In this document: positions 44,701 to 56,700 of the stretch, piece after piece | Numbering within the stretch: position 1 is the stretch's first letter | Layout of the letters: every line of letters begins with the position of its first letter | Assembly: GCA_036172245.1 (NCBI GenBank) | Contig: JAYWIR010000008.1 | Span: forward strand, 2,356,001 to 2,420,000 | Length of the DNA: 64,000 nucleotides | Origin: Raillietiella orientalis | Lineage: Eukaryota | Direction of reading: 5' to 3' | The notes under the pieces: generated by a model | Databases searched by the model: none | Told to the model about the DNA's origin: nothing | What the model saw: the letters and a program-made list of their open reading frames with translations, nothing else | Program-made: the position numbers and the translations under genes

Positions 44701-47700
44701 TCATCCCCGATGCGATTTGCGTGCAGATGTAAACCAGCGCCCCGTAGCTGCAAGAGGAGAAAAAAAGAAAAAAAAAAGGATAGGAAGGGCATCTCCCGGC
44801 CCGCTGGGGAGCCGAGAGGCAAGAGGCTCACCTCGGGGCGGAGGACCTGTCCGAACCGAGCCTTTGGAGGTAGTAGTGCAGGTCCCCGTATTCCGGATAT
44901 TCCATCAGCAGAGCGAGAGGCTTCTCTTGGGCGATGATCCCCACCACGCCGGAGATGTTGGGGTCTTTCAGCTTCGCCAGCAGCTGGACCTCTCTGCGGA
45001 ACTCCTCGCTGGAATCATGGGAACCATGGTTACCGGACGGACGAGGACGGACGGAAGCACCCACGAGCACTACCCCATGCGCGGAAAGAGAGAGAGGGGG
45101 GGAGAGAAGTTCCTCCGGGGAACCGGGAAGCTGCGATCCCATCGTCCCTGGAAACCCCGGCCCGAAGGCTTCCCCGTCAGCTCTGCACCGGATGGGACCC
45201 GAGAGAGCGCCATCCTCCTTCTGTGACCTCCGCCTCTTCCGGCTCGTCCGTGGAGCGGGCGGGGAACCGAGCAGCCACCGTACCCCACTCCTTCCACTGC
45301 CGCAGACCGTGCTGACGTCCTCAGGCGAGAAGGGCGACGACGGAGGCAGCCTCCTCAGCGGGCGCCTCGCTCCCCTCCTCGTCGCGCTGAGAGAGGAGCG
45401 CAGGCACTCCTCGGAGTTGCCTCTGACGCCCCCCCCCCTCTTCTCCGGGAGGGGGAGAGCCGTCAGAGGCGGCCCCGAGGGGTCTCCGCAGAGACCCGTT
45501 CCTTCCCCCTCTTGGCTTACCTGACCAGCTTGTCGGATCTGTCCTGCAGGGTCTTCGCGGCAACGAGGATATCTGCCGTCCGGTGGCCCACGAGCCGGCA
45601 CAGGAGAACCTTGGAAAGCACACGCCCGGGAGGTAGGGTAGGCGCAGGGCGGGGGGGGGGGGAAGGCACTCGCCTGCACCTACCTCTCCGAACTTGGAAT
45701 TGCCCAGCTTGTCGATGAGCGTGACGTCACGATGAGCGAACTCTGGGCAGGCGGCGGCGCCGAAGTGGTCGCCGCCGCCCGGCCTCGGTAGGTGCGCCGC
45801 CGCCCTCCTCCTGGAGGTCCTCCTGGGGCCTTCATCGCTGCCTACCGCCGGGGACGCGGAGGACTTCGGGTGCTGCAAGAAGACGGAAGGAGAGGCAGGG
45901 TCGAAGGAGGAGAGGAGGAGGAGGAAAAGGAAGGGAACGGGTCGTCCTCCTCTTCTCGGAAAGGGCGAGAGGGAAAGGGGAGAGATGGAGCAGTCGGGGA
46001 CGCCACCTCCGGCGTCCTTCCGGGAAACGCACCTTGGTCAGGGTGAAGCAGCTGGAGGAAGGCGCGCACTGGAAGCCATCCAGGCTGTCCATCGCGCCGC
46101 CGCTGCCGTCCGCGCAGTCGTACGCGCCGTCGTCGTCATCGTCCTCCTCCTCTTCCTCCTCCTCCCTCCCTTCCTCTTCCTCCTCCTCTCCGTCGTCGTC
46201 GTCGTCATCCGCAGCGCCACCCTGCCGGGATTCCGAGGGGGCGTTCAGGGAGTACCTCGACGTCACGTCGGGGACGGCGTACTCGCTGATGGTGCAAGAA
46301 TCTGCGGGAGAGCACGCCGCTGTTGGAGATGCTCCTCGGACTTGGGGAAAGGGGGAGAGGGATGGTCGGCGGGTGCGGGGCAAGGATGGGTGCCATCACC
46401 TGGGGACCCGGAGGTCATCTGACCGCCAAACTGACCGTCCTGAAGGTGCTGCTGCTGGTGGTAGTGGTGGTGGTGATGATGGTGGCGCTGGCGGCGGTGG
46501 TGGAACGGATCCTCGTAGATGGCGTGCTGCTTCTTCAGCGGGATGTCTTCGCACGCGACCTGCTTATACGTGGCGCCTCCCTTCACGTACGCGAACCCGT
46601 TGGACAGGTGGTTCATGTGGATGTGTAGAGCCTGGAACGGGAGGAGGGGAGAAGTGAGGAACTTCCACTGCGACGCGCCCGCCCTGTCCTTTCCTTCCCG
46701 GGGCGAACGCAGCCCAAGGAGGGGGAGGAGGAACAAAGCGAGGGAGCGATAGATGGCAGGATAGGGAAACCTTGCTCCTAACAGATGCATCTTCTTCGGT
46801 TAGGGGAGCCTTCAGCAGGCTGGTTGGGGTCATCATGCTAAGCTTCCTCCTGCGGTTGCGGATCAGCATGAAGACCAGCATGGAGGACAGCAGGAACACG
46901 AAGGCCATGGGGATGCCGACCAGGGCGCCCACGTACGCCTGGGAACTCCCGTGCGGCGGCGGCACTGAGGAGGGGGACAAGAAGCAGGACGGCATGGTGC
47001 GCCCCACCTCCTCTCGTCGGAAGACGGAGCTGAGGAGGAAGGAGGAGGAACTCACGGCTGCTGCTGCTGCGGCTGCCGCCACCGACGACGCCTCCGCCGC
47101 TGCTTCCCTCTTCGGGAGCGTCTTCGAGGCTGCCGCGCTCCGCGTCCGCCCAGAACTCGTCTCCCAAGGGAGCTGAAACGGAAGAAAAGGATAATGAAGC
47201 GGGAAGGAGGAATCGCACGCGCGACTGAGGGCCTCCGAGGGTTCCGAGGTGCCCCCGGGGCATCTGGCAATAACAAGTGGCGGGAGAAAAAAAAAAGCAA
47301 AAGGAAGCGAATCGCGGAAGAGGAGCAGCAGCAGGATGCGCCTCGGGGGTTCCTCGTGCCGGCGGAGGGGAACGAAAGGGGAAACGGAGGGACAAAATGA
47401 CGACGTACAGCCACACTGCAAAGAAGTTCGCGCCCTCGCGGAGCCAGCAGGAAGAAGGCCTCGGTCCACCGCTTCAACCAATCACCTGGGAGGATCCAGA
47501 ACTCTCCTCCCGTCAGAGAGAGGGTTCGCGCGATCCTCGTCCCGAATTACGAGGCCGGTTCCGTGCGTGCGAGGGGGATGAGAGTGCGAGCCAAAGTCCG
47601 CGCAACCCACCAGAAGGTTCGCTCTGCATCCAACTTCCTCCCCCTCTTCCTTGCGCCAAACGCGCAGCACCGAACCCCCCAACGAAGAATGGTTCGCGAC

Positions 47701-50700
47701 ACGAGCGGGCGTGGGTCGAACACTGTGGAGCCTTCAAGTGCACGAGAGGAATCTTCCAGCATTCGCATTTTCTGCCGCCGACCCTGCTCGAGAGAACGGG
47801 GGAATGAAGAGGGAGAGGAGGATGAGGAGGGAGACGAAGGGAAGAGGGGGAGGAGGAAACAGCTGCGCTCACCGCGATTTTCAGCTGGTGCCACCAGGGA
47901 CGGGAAGGGGCGATGCGCAACGTGACTGCCGACGATACTCTCTGCCGACTGGGATTCTTGGGAAACCGCGCTCTTCACCGACTCCCATCCTGCAGCCATT
48001 CTGAAGCAGCTGGACTTGGCGGAAGAGCGGCACAAGAGGGGGGGTAACCGGCGGAGGTGCATCCTCATCGAATTTTTCGCTCTTCCCCCCCCCCCCCCCC
48101 TCTCCCCTTCATCCCCTCTCGAAGGCTGCCTGTCTGGAAACGACCGCGTACGTGGTTGCTGTTCTGGAGCACACCGCAGCTCCTGTGCCCCGAGGTTCGC
48201 AGAGGGCGCGACCATTCTCGCTTCACGCACGAATGCAGCTCCCCTTCGTGCTGGAGTCTCTCTGGATCGGCTCCGCAGCCCGACGCAGGCAGGAACGGAG
48301 GAGCCTCGCGAGTGCGTCCGTCCCCGCCCCTCCATCCCCAGGAACCCTGGCGACCATTCGCTGAACCAAGGAGGGGGGGGGGGGACGCGGAAACGCCGCT
48401 CTGGCACACGGTGCAGTCCGCAGCGCGCGTTCGGCACCTCCTCATCTGGTGACAGGATCGCTTTTTCTGCTTCTGCCAACGCGCCATTCACACGAGGCAC
48501 GCGCGTCCCGGTCCTATTCCGCATTGTTCCCAAGCACGCGCCATATTTCAAAAAGCACGACGTGCTTACGCAGGAGTCTTTCCCGGACCTGGGCCAAAAT
48601 GGTGGCAAGCGGGGGCCCCATTACTCGCCGAGCAGGCAGTTCGAACGATTCCTCTCCCGAATGCTCGAAACGGCATCCTCGGTAACCGCAGGCCCGTGAG
48701 AGACGCTCCCGCTCGCGACGTAATTTATTCCTCCCCGGCTGCGAAGCCGGCGCGGGCAGCATCCGCCCTTCCAGAGCGGGGCATATGCAAAACGATCGCT
48801 CGCGAAGGGGAAGTCGCCCCCCGTTATCGCTCGAGGCGGCCGTTCCCGTGCTGCGCGTGATGTCTCCTTTGCGAAATTCGCCGGGAACCGGGATGGGAAC
48901 TTCGCAATTTCGGGAAGGAGGCCCGGTTCCTCCCGTCGAGAGGATGCCGACTCCCATCCCCGACGCCGCGCACCACGGTCCCGAAAAGAAACACGGTGGC
49001 CCCCCCCAAAAAAGAAAAAAGAATCGCACGGGGGGTTAAGCGCCTATCCCGAAGGAGCCCGTCAGATTTTTTTCTTCCCCCTTTCTCCTCGCGCGAAACT
49101 CGATGGAACGCGCCCGGTGCAGCCTGGCAGACTCCATTACACAATGAACCATACATCACACAGAACGGACCGTGTCACATGAAATTACCCGCTGGCTCGC
49201 GTTACCATGGAAGCAAGCACGGCTTGCTTCATCTGCAAGATCCAAGGGGATTTCCACGACGTACACCGGGTGCACCCACCGTGGCAACGAGCGCGCATTC
49301 CGCTGCTGTGGAGGATGCAAATCCACCAAACACGAAAAGCACGACGAGAAAACTACAAAAGAATCTCCCCGCCGTGTTTCATTCTGATTTTGATCATTTT
49401 CTTCACTCTCTGTGTACTTTCGACGAATTTTTATTATTATTATTATTTTTTTTCGAGAGGGTGCGCGCGGTGTGCAACAAGGAATGGGCGTGTGCCACCC
49501 GTTGATCTCACGGCTCAGACGCGCGCGTTTCTCCTTTCCCACAGAGTGTCAAAAATCGATGACAGAACCGAACGATGACCGAGGCAACCTTGATCAAATA
49601 AGGGAGTGCAAATAGGGATGATGGCACGGCTAGAGGTCACACACGCACTCCTTCCTCCGCGTGGGAACGCTTAGGGGCGAGCACTTCCTTGGAGAACCTC
49701 GCAGGCGTTCCGTCTGCCAACCAACGCGGAACACCGCGACACTTTCTCAACAGGTGCTTCAGTGTTACCACCGCCCGACACGTGTTGCAAGAGTTTCCTT
49801 TTTTTTTTCCCCTCCCTTCTCTTTGCCCTTTTAGGCGTGTTTCAAGAGTTTCTTTCCTCCTGCTGCGAACGCTCGCCTGATCGATGGCGCTGCCCTCATC
49901 TTGCCAGGAGCAGAAAGACGGACGCCATCAGATTTCCTTCCACGCACAACTTCCTCGTCTTCATTTCAACGGCACTCCGTTTCGCTGGCTTTATGGGATG
50001 CTTAATTAATGGCACAGCAAGGTCAGAGTATCGATACTCCGCAGTGCAAACGGAAGCGTTCGTTTCCATAGCAGCCGGAGACTGGGCTGCGAAGCCAGCA
50101 GACACGTGACACGTGTCTGCTCGTGGCAGGTAACAACAGCCTGCATGCGAAAAGAAAGGAAAAAAGAAAAAAAAAGAAAAAGAAAAATTAAAAATAAATC
50201 GAAAATGGGGGGGAGGAAAAAAAAAAAAAAAAAAGCATGACTCGTACTCTTCTCCACATTCGATCGAGGGTGCTTCCATCTGCCAGTTGCTATTAAAAGC
50301 TGCACGGGAACAGAAGGGGAGAAAAAAAAACCTATGCATGAAAGCGTGGATTTTCTCCCGTGGGACGATCCCGCCTTTGAGCACCGACGGGAGAAGCGGG
50401 AAAAGGCGCTCGTCGTCGTGTGCATTTCCGGGCTCGGGCCGCACAGCGAACGGAAGAGCAAACCGCCCGCCCCCTCTCTGGTCGCATCGGAGGTGGGCGA
50501 GGAAGGACTCGGACGAAATGGCGCAAAATGCCCGAAACCACGAAATGTGCCCGAAGGGGTTGCTGACCGCCGCGGTGTCGCACCCGCGCGAAGAGGGAGG
50601 GAGGAAAGCGCCTCCCTCAGTGACCGGTCATCACTCTGTGCACGATTGCAATGAAAGTTAGCGCCCTCGCGGAGCCAGCAGGAAGAAGGCCTCGGTCCAC

Positions 50701-53700
50701 CGCTTCAACCAACCACCTGGGGGCGTCCGGAACTCTCCTCCCGTCAGGGAGAGGGCTCGCGCGATCCTCGTCCCGAATTAAGCGGACGGGGAAGGAAGGC
50801 AACCTTGATCAAATAAGGGAGTGCAAATAGGGATGAATGGCATGGCTATAGGTCACACACACTCCATCCACCGCGTGGGAGTGTTCAGGGGCGAGCACTT
50901 TCTTACAGAAGTTACAGGCGTTCTGTCTCCCAAGTGACACGGAAGTAATTCTGGGGCGAGGAAGGAAGGCGCCGCGGGCACTGTCCTTTGGAAAAAATTG
51001 ATCAGTGCCTATCCAGGACGAGACGCGACCTGCTGCCCGCACATCTCGTGACGGACGTTCGTTTGCTTCTCTTCGGCCTCCAGGAGGGGCAACTGGCCAG
51101 CAGACCCGCGGGGGGAGTGCTCGCGAAGTCCTCCGGGGAAACTGGGAAGCTGCTGGTGTTGCCGCGACGGACTGCGTCTGCCTCTTTGGCGAAGGGCAGC
51201 AGCGATCAGCTTCCAGCAACAAGTGTGGGGAAAAAAGACGCGCGCAGCCAAAAAATGAAAGAGGAGGGGTGCGAGGGAGATGCAGGAAGGGAGCTCTTTC
51301 GAGAGGGTGCGCGGTGTGCAACAAGGAATGGGTGTGTGCCACACGTTTATCCCACGGCTCTCTCTGCGCGAGGAAAGCTCTGGACACCGCCGAAAAAGAA
51401 CGCTGCTCCGGCATCTGATGGACGAAGGAATAATTCAGGGGGGAGCACCACAGGTCGCAAGAGTAGGGATGCCATCACTAATCCCCGTCGTCTTCCCCGT
51501 TCTCCTTAAGCGGGAGAGACAGAGGAGGAGGAGACGAAGAAGCAGAACAACAACTCTGTTCGGGGGACTCCGTGGAATCGGCCAGCAGAGAGGATGGCGC
51601 GCCGAAAAAGTTTTAGGAATGGGTGACGCGGTGTTGCTCGGTGGTGGTTTAAACCTTCGCCCTAAAGGAAAAAGTAGGGGTCAAAGAGCAGCGGGAAAAG
51701 GAGGATGCGTGGCGCGAAAGGGAAGAGGAAGGCGAAGAAAAGGCAAAAGAGAGGCACGAAGTCCACGAACGCGTGAAGCAGAGGCAGAAAAACCATGCGG
51801 GAGCGCCATCTTCACGGAGGCTACCGAACTCTGTCGTCCTTCCCCAGAGCAGGCAGCAGCGGTCAAGGGAAGCGTCCTGGATGGATTCCCCTCCCCTCCA
51901 TCCTGGCAACTGCACCACCCGTGAGGGCACACACGCACGGACGGGAACGAGGAACAGCGCGGGCTCGCGAACCGCAGAAGGGATCGGGCCCGTGGCCGCT
52001 GCCGCCGCTTGCCGAAACCGAGCGGACGGCCTGCTGCTGCCGTGCGCGTCTCACGGAGGGCAAGAGGATCCGTGCAATGGAGCGTGCGACCCGAACGCGA
52101 GGGAGCCCCCCCACGCGGAAGCAAGAGCGTGCTGCCCATTGCGGCGGGCGGCATCTCCCAGTTCATCCGTGCCTGTAGGGCACAGCGCTCCTGCGGTAAG
52201 GTACGTGAGGGGTGTGTGGTGCAGGAAAAGGGGGGGAGAAGGGGGGAGTGAGAGGGCAATGTGCGCTCCTGGGGAAGAAGGTAGGTGGGGCGAGGTCCTG
52301 CGAGGATATCGGTGGCCTGGGCTGCGAGAAACCGAGCCGCGGAGCGCCACCAGGGCGGAGAAACGAGTTCCCTTTCAGGGATGCCAACCCCCCCCCCCCC
52401 CCCCAGCATGACTTCCAGGCAGCTCATATTGCAGTCGCTCCCCTCCCCCATCCCACACACACGGGAGGGAACCGAGGCTCGGGAGAAATTCAACCACGCG
52501 AAGATCGGCATCCGCCGGCAGAGGTGGAAGCCAATAGGGAAAACAGGAAGAAGGCTGTTCGCTGCCGAAGGCTCGCGCCACAGTGGCGCCGGAACTGCCT
52601 CCCTCCAGATCTCCCCGTTCCCTGGGAGCCGCTAGGGGAGAACGGGACGACAGGAATGCGACGGTTTCCCAGGCAACGGGATGGGCTCGAGAGATCTTCC
52701 CGAAGTGTTGAGGAAAGCAACGAAGAACAGCGAATCGGCTTGAAAGAAGGGCATCCTGGATACGAGAAGAGTGCTCTCCCGGAACGCGGGCAAACGGAAG
52801 GGAGGGTGGTCCTTTTAGACCCCTCCGCCGTGTGTGTGTGGGGGGGGGGGGGCAGGGATGTACCCAGGACAATGGGAACGTTCGGTCAGCTGCCGGATGC
52901 GACCGGATAGGAGGACGCCAGCGCCGCCCAAACGCGGGCCGCTCTTTAGGGTCACCTGGCGCGGAAGGACGCCACCAGCCCGGAGAAGACACAGGGAGGT
53001 GGGGTCCCATGAGGAGGGAATAGGAAGAAGAACAAGCAGGGGTGGGGTGGGGTGGGGAGTGCACCCGACTCCGAGCTGAAGGAAAACGGTTACGAAGAAG
53101 GATGCAGTACAGCTTCCGGAGCCGCATGGCCAGGAGGCGCCCAGAGGCGGGCCAGCGTTGCGCTCTTACGGGCGCGCGGGAAACCCGCATGCCCGGCTGT
53201 ATGGAAGAGGGAGCGCCCGGCGTGTCATCCCACCGCGCTGAAGCGAAGCTGCCGCTTCCCGGGAAAACAAAAACAAAAACGGGGGGAAAGGAAGATGTGC
53301 CTTAGAGGCCCGGAGATCTTCGCAGAGGAAAGGCCAAAGGTGGCGTCTGGCGAGGGAAGCGTCACCGGAAGGGGGAACGCTCCCGAAAAATCCTTGGGCG
53401 ATCTCCGCGGAAACAGGAACGGAAGAAAACATCCACCCCATCAAACGGGAGCGACAGCCCGAGCGCGGGCGGGAACGCCCCCTGCCCCTCCCCCGTTCCT
53501 TTCTCCGCGCCAGGCTCACAGAGAACAGCCAGAGAATGCTCGGCTAGTCCGGAGGAAAGGCGCGTCCTGCCGCGGATTCGTTTGACACGGTGAAGGTCGG
53601 CGGGGCACCGTCCCGGGCACTGCTCCGCGGTCGGCGGGTAGGTCTGCAAGACCCCTGCTGTTCTTCCCGTTCATTCGGGAGAGCGGCGGGACGAGGTGCC

Positions 53701-56700
53701 ATCTCGTGGGCGGACGCGGAGGGAGGTTGCGGCCGGCTCCTCCTGAGGGCATGCACTCGAACACGGCTGGACACTGCTGAGCATGCCACGCGCCGGCGAA
53801 CATTCCGAAGCGCGTCCCGTGCACGCGCTCCACATGCGGTCGCAACGAAACACTCCTGTGCTGCCGTTCCCCGTCGCCTTCTCCCCCCCGCCGGAAGCGG
53901 GAAGAACAACAGCGGCAGCCTCCCGTGCGAAAAGGAAAAAAAAAAAAAAAAAAGATGCTGCGGCGGCGCCGCCGAAGAGCAATCACGAGAGGATCGCGCG
54001 ATCGCCTTGACAGGGAGAGGCGAAGTCAACCGGAGCAGCGAAGCGGCAGAACCCAGATGGCCGCTGATGGGACGACCACCGGAGATGCCAGTGCGAGGGG
54101 CAACGGGAGGCAAACAGAGAGGAGGGGCTCCAGAAACAGCAGCGTCCCAACGGCCTACACAACAGAGCGAGAGTTCCAACAATGGAGCGACGGCACAGGA
54201 AGCGGAAAGGCGATGCTAACAATGCAATGACAACACCGGAAGTGAGAAGACAACTTCCCACGCCCACCCAAGCGCTTTTCTTCCCCCCCTTCTGTGGGAG
54301 GGTGGGGTCGTCCCGCTTCCCCAGTCAAGAGTGTCCCCTGGAACTGCCCACAGGAGACGAACCCACCTACCTGAGTCGAAGGAGACCTCGCTGATCATCA
54401 TCCACCTGGAGGAGAAGTGCAGCTGGACCTTCAGGGAGCGAGCCACGCGGTGCCCGAGGCGCACGGTAACGTTGCGCGCGCTCTCCGCCAGGAGATCGGG
54501 GGCGTGGGAGCTCACAACCGGGACCGGGTCATACAGGAGGCCCCCCGGGCTGAAGTACACCTTGGCCGCGGAGAAAACCTTCGCGGGAGCGGGTGGGATG
54601 GGGAGGAGGTCGGGGGGAAAGGGGGGAGAGAATGGGGGCCACTCACCTGCACCTCCTTGGAGAAGGCGTTGCTGGCGTGGAAGTGGGCGGCTGTGAAGTT
54701 CCGCGGACGGTCGAAGTCAAAGGTCATCTCCAAAGTTCCACCGGGCTGTCCGCCCCAACCCATCCACTCGCTGACTGCTGGCGACGGCGCCGCCGCTGTG
54801 AAGTTCCGATCCCCACCGTGCGCCGCCCACCGCCCCCTTCCGCTCACCTCCCTCGCGACGCCTTCCGCTGGAGCCGAAGATGCCGTCGTCGCTGCCGTAC
54901 CTGCCGTCGGCCAGTCGCCCGAGGCCGCCGGCCAGCATCCCAGCCCTCAGCGTGCCGTCGTAGGACGCGTCCTCGAGCTTCCAGCCATCGAGGCTCTCCC
55001 CTTGCGGCAGGGAGTAGCTCACCAACGCGTCTGGAAGCACAGGCGGAGTCCGTGAGATCCCATACGAGGGGGGAAGGGCGTGGCCGCGCCCCCTGCCGCC
55101 GCCGCGACCGCGCCACAACTCGGCTCAGAAGCAGCGCCCTCCTCCCAGGCGGCGGGGAAGGGCGAGCGCGACGGCGACGATACCACCCGGGGCTGCCCAC
55201 GCCGGAGGAGCGGAATGGACGCGCCCCGGGGAGCGCCGGGATCGGCAGCGGGAAGGGCGCGCTTCGCCTTGCACTGCAGGCTCCTGTGAAAGCGAAAGCT
55301 CCTCCTTTCCGAACCCACGTCTAAAAACCATCACACCATCCCTCTCCCCCACGACTAGTGGAAACCGTACCAAGGAGGGGGTGGGTAGTCGCATCCCCGC
55401 AGAGCGATGGTCGGAAAAGACGCCGCCAGCATTGAGGGGGGTCGAAAGATGGACGCTGCTACACCGAGAGACCCACCCACCGCGTTCCCTCAAGGTCCCC
55501 CATTCGCCGCGAGGCCCCCGCTGCGCAGAGGCCGCCCCCTGCCGAGTCTGTGCGCTTGGACGCCCGCCATTCGATTTCCCAAAACGCATGGAGCGTCGCG
55601 GTTGTCGGGTGTTTGGGCAATCAGCGGGAGGGAGGAATGGGCCAGGGATGAGACGATCCTCGTGGGAGATTCGTTGCGACCTAGGCTGCAAAGCTAGGTG
55701 AATCACTCCCTGGACCATCACTGCCCGGCCCAGGCGCCTCGCGGTGCCTCAGGCGGCGTGCGCAAAAAGCTGCAGCAGGTCGCGTCACGTCTTCGCGGAC
55801 AGTTCGTTCGTGCACCCGCCATGAGAGCAGGGGCGAGTAATCAAGGAGCGCCGAGATATAGCCGGAAATGGACAAAAAGCGGAGCAGGCAAGCAGCTGCG
55901 CTTTTTCCTAGTCCACGATACCAGCTTGGGGAATACCCGGGTCCGCGACTGGGAAATGGGATCCCTGGGCTCTAGGCCGCAATGCGGGATCTCCTGGTGC
56001 CTGCCCAACAGGGGCATGAGGAGGAGGGGAGAAGAGGAAAGGAGAGGATGGCAGAAGGGAGGAGGAGGAAGGGAAGAGGTGGCAGAAGGAAGCTGATCCC
56101 GCCGGCCCTTCCTCAAGGAGGACACAGAGACGTCCCGATAAGTCTTCCTTACGAATCGGGAGCGCGTGAATCTCTGGAAAACTACGGAGGTGGGAGAGTG
56201 GAAGCAGCGAGGTCTTTTGGCAGGGAGTACGCGCTCTGCAATGCCTTTCACGTTCCTGTTCCTTATCCGGCTCCGGAGCGCCACAAGCAAATTGATTGAG
56301 TTGCTTCCCGAGAGAGGACGCTGCCACCGCCTCGCGAAGGTCGGTGCAGCGCAAAACGTGAGGAGGGGGAGGGGGAAGGGGAGAAAAAAAAAAAAAAAAA
56401 AAAAAAAGGCTGCACGTTGCTGAAAGGATTTCAGCGTCGCGCCGCGAGAGGATGGAGCAACCTGCCAAGAGCGCAGATCGAGGATGGGAAGTTGGGGGAG
56501 AGGGTGAGGAAGGTCGTTTATCCTGGGCAGACGCGGCTAAGCGCAGCATGTCCGTGCCTTTTGCAGGATCGTGAGTTTCAACGGCCCCCTCCCTCTCCCC
56601 ACAAAGTCCTAAAGGCAACGGCCGCAGCCAAAGACGGTCACAAAGCCGTCTCCCTTCCGCCACCGCCGTCGGAAACTCGACCTTCTCCCGAGGATTAGGA

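Noticed and set aside
53696..53709. CTCF-like motif CCACGAGATGGCAC (similar ones near 28940 and 57546)
   Set aside because: Imperfect matches are expected by chance in GC-rich DNA.
55700..56000. LINE RT fragment ([13 protein letters not shown])
   Set aside because: Single weak motif.
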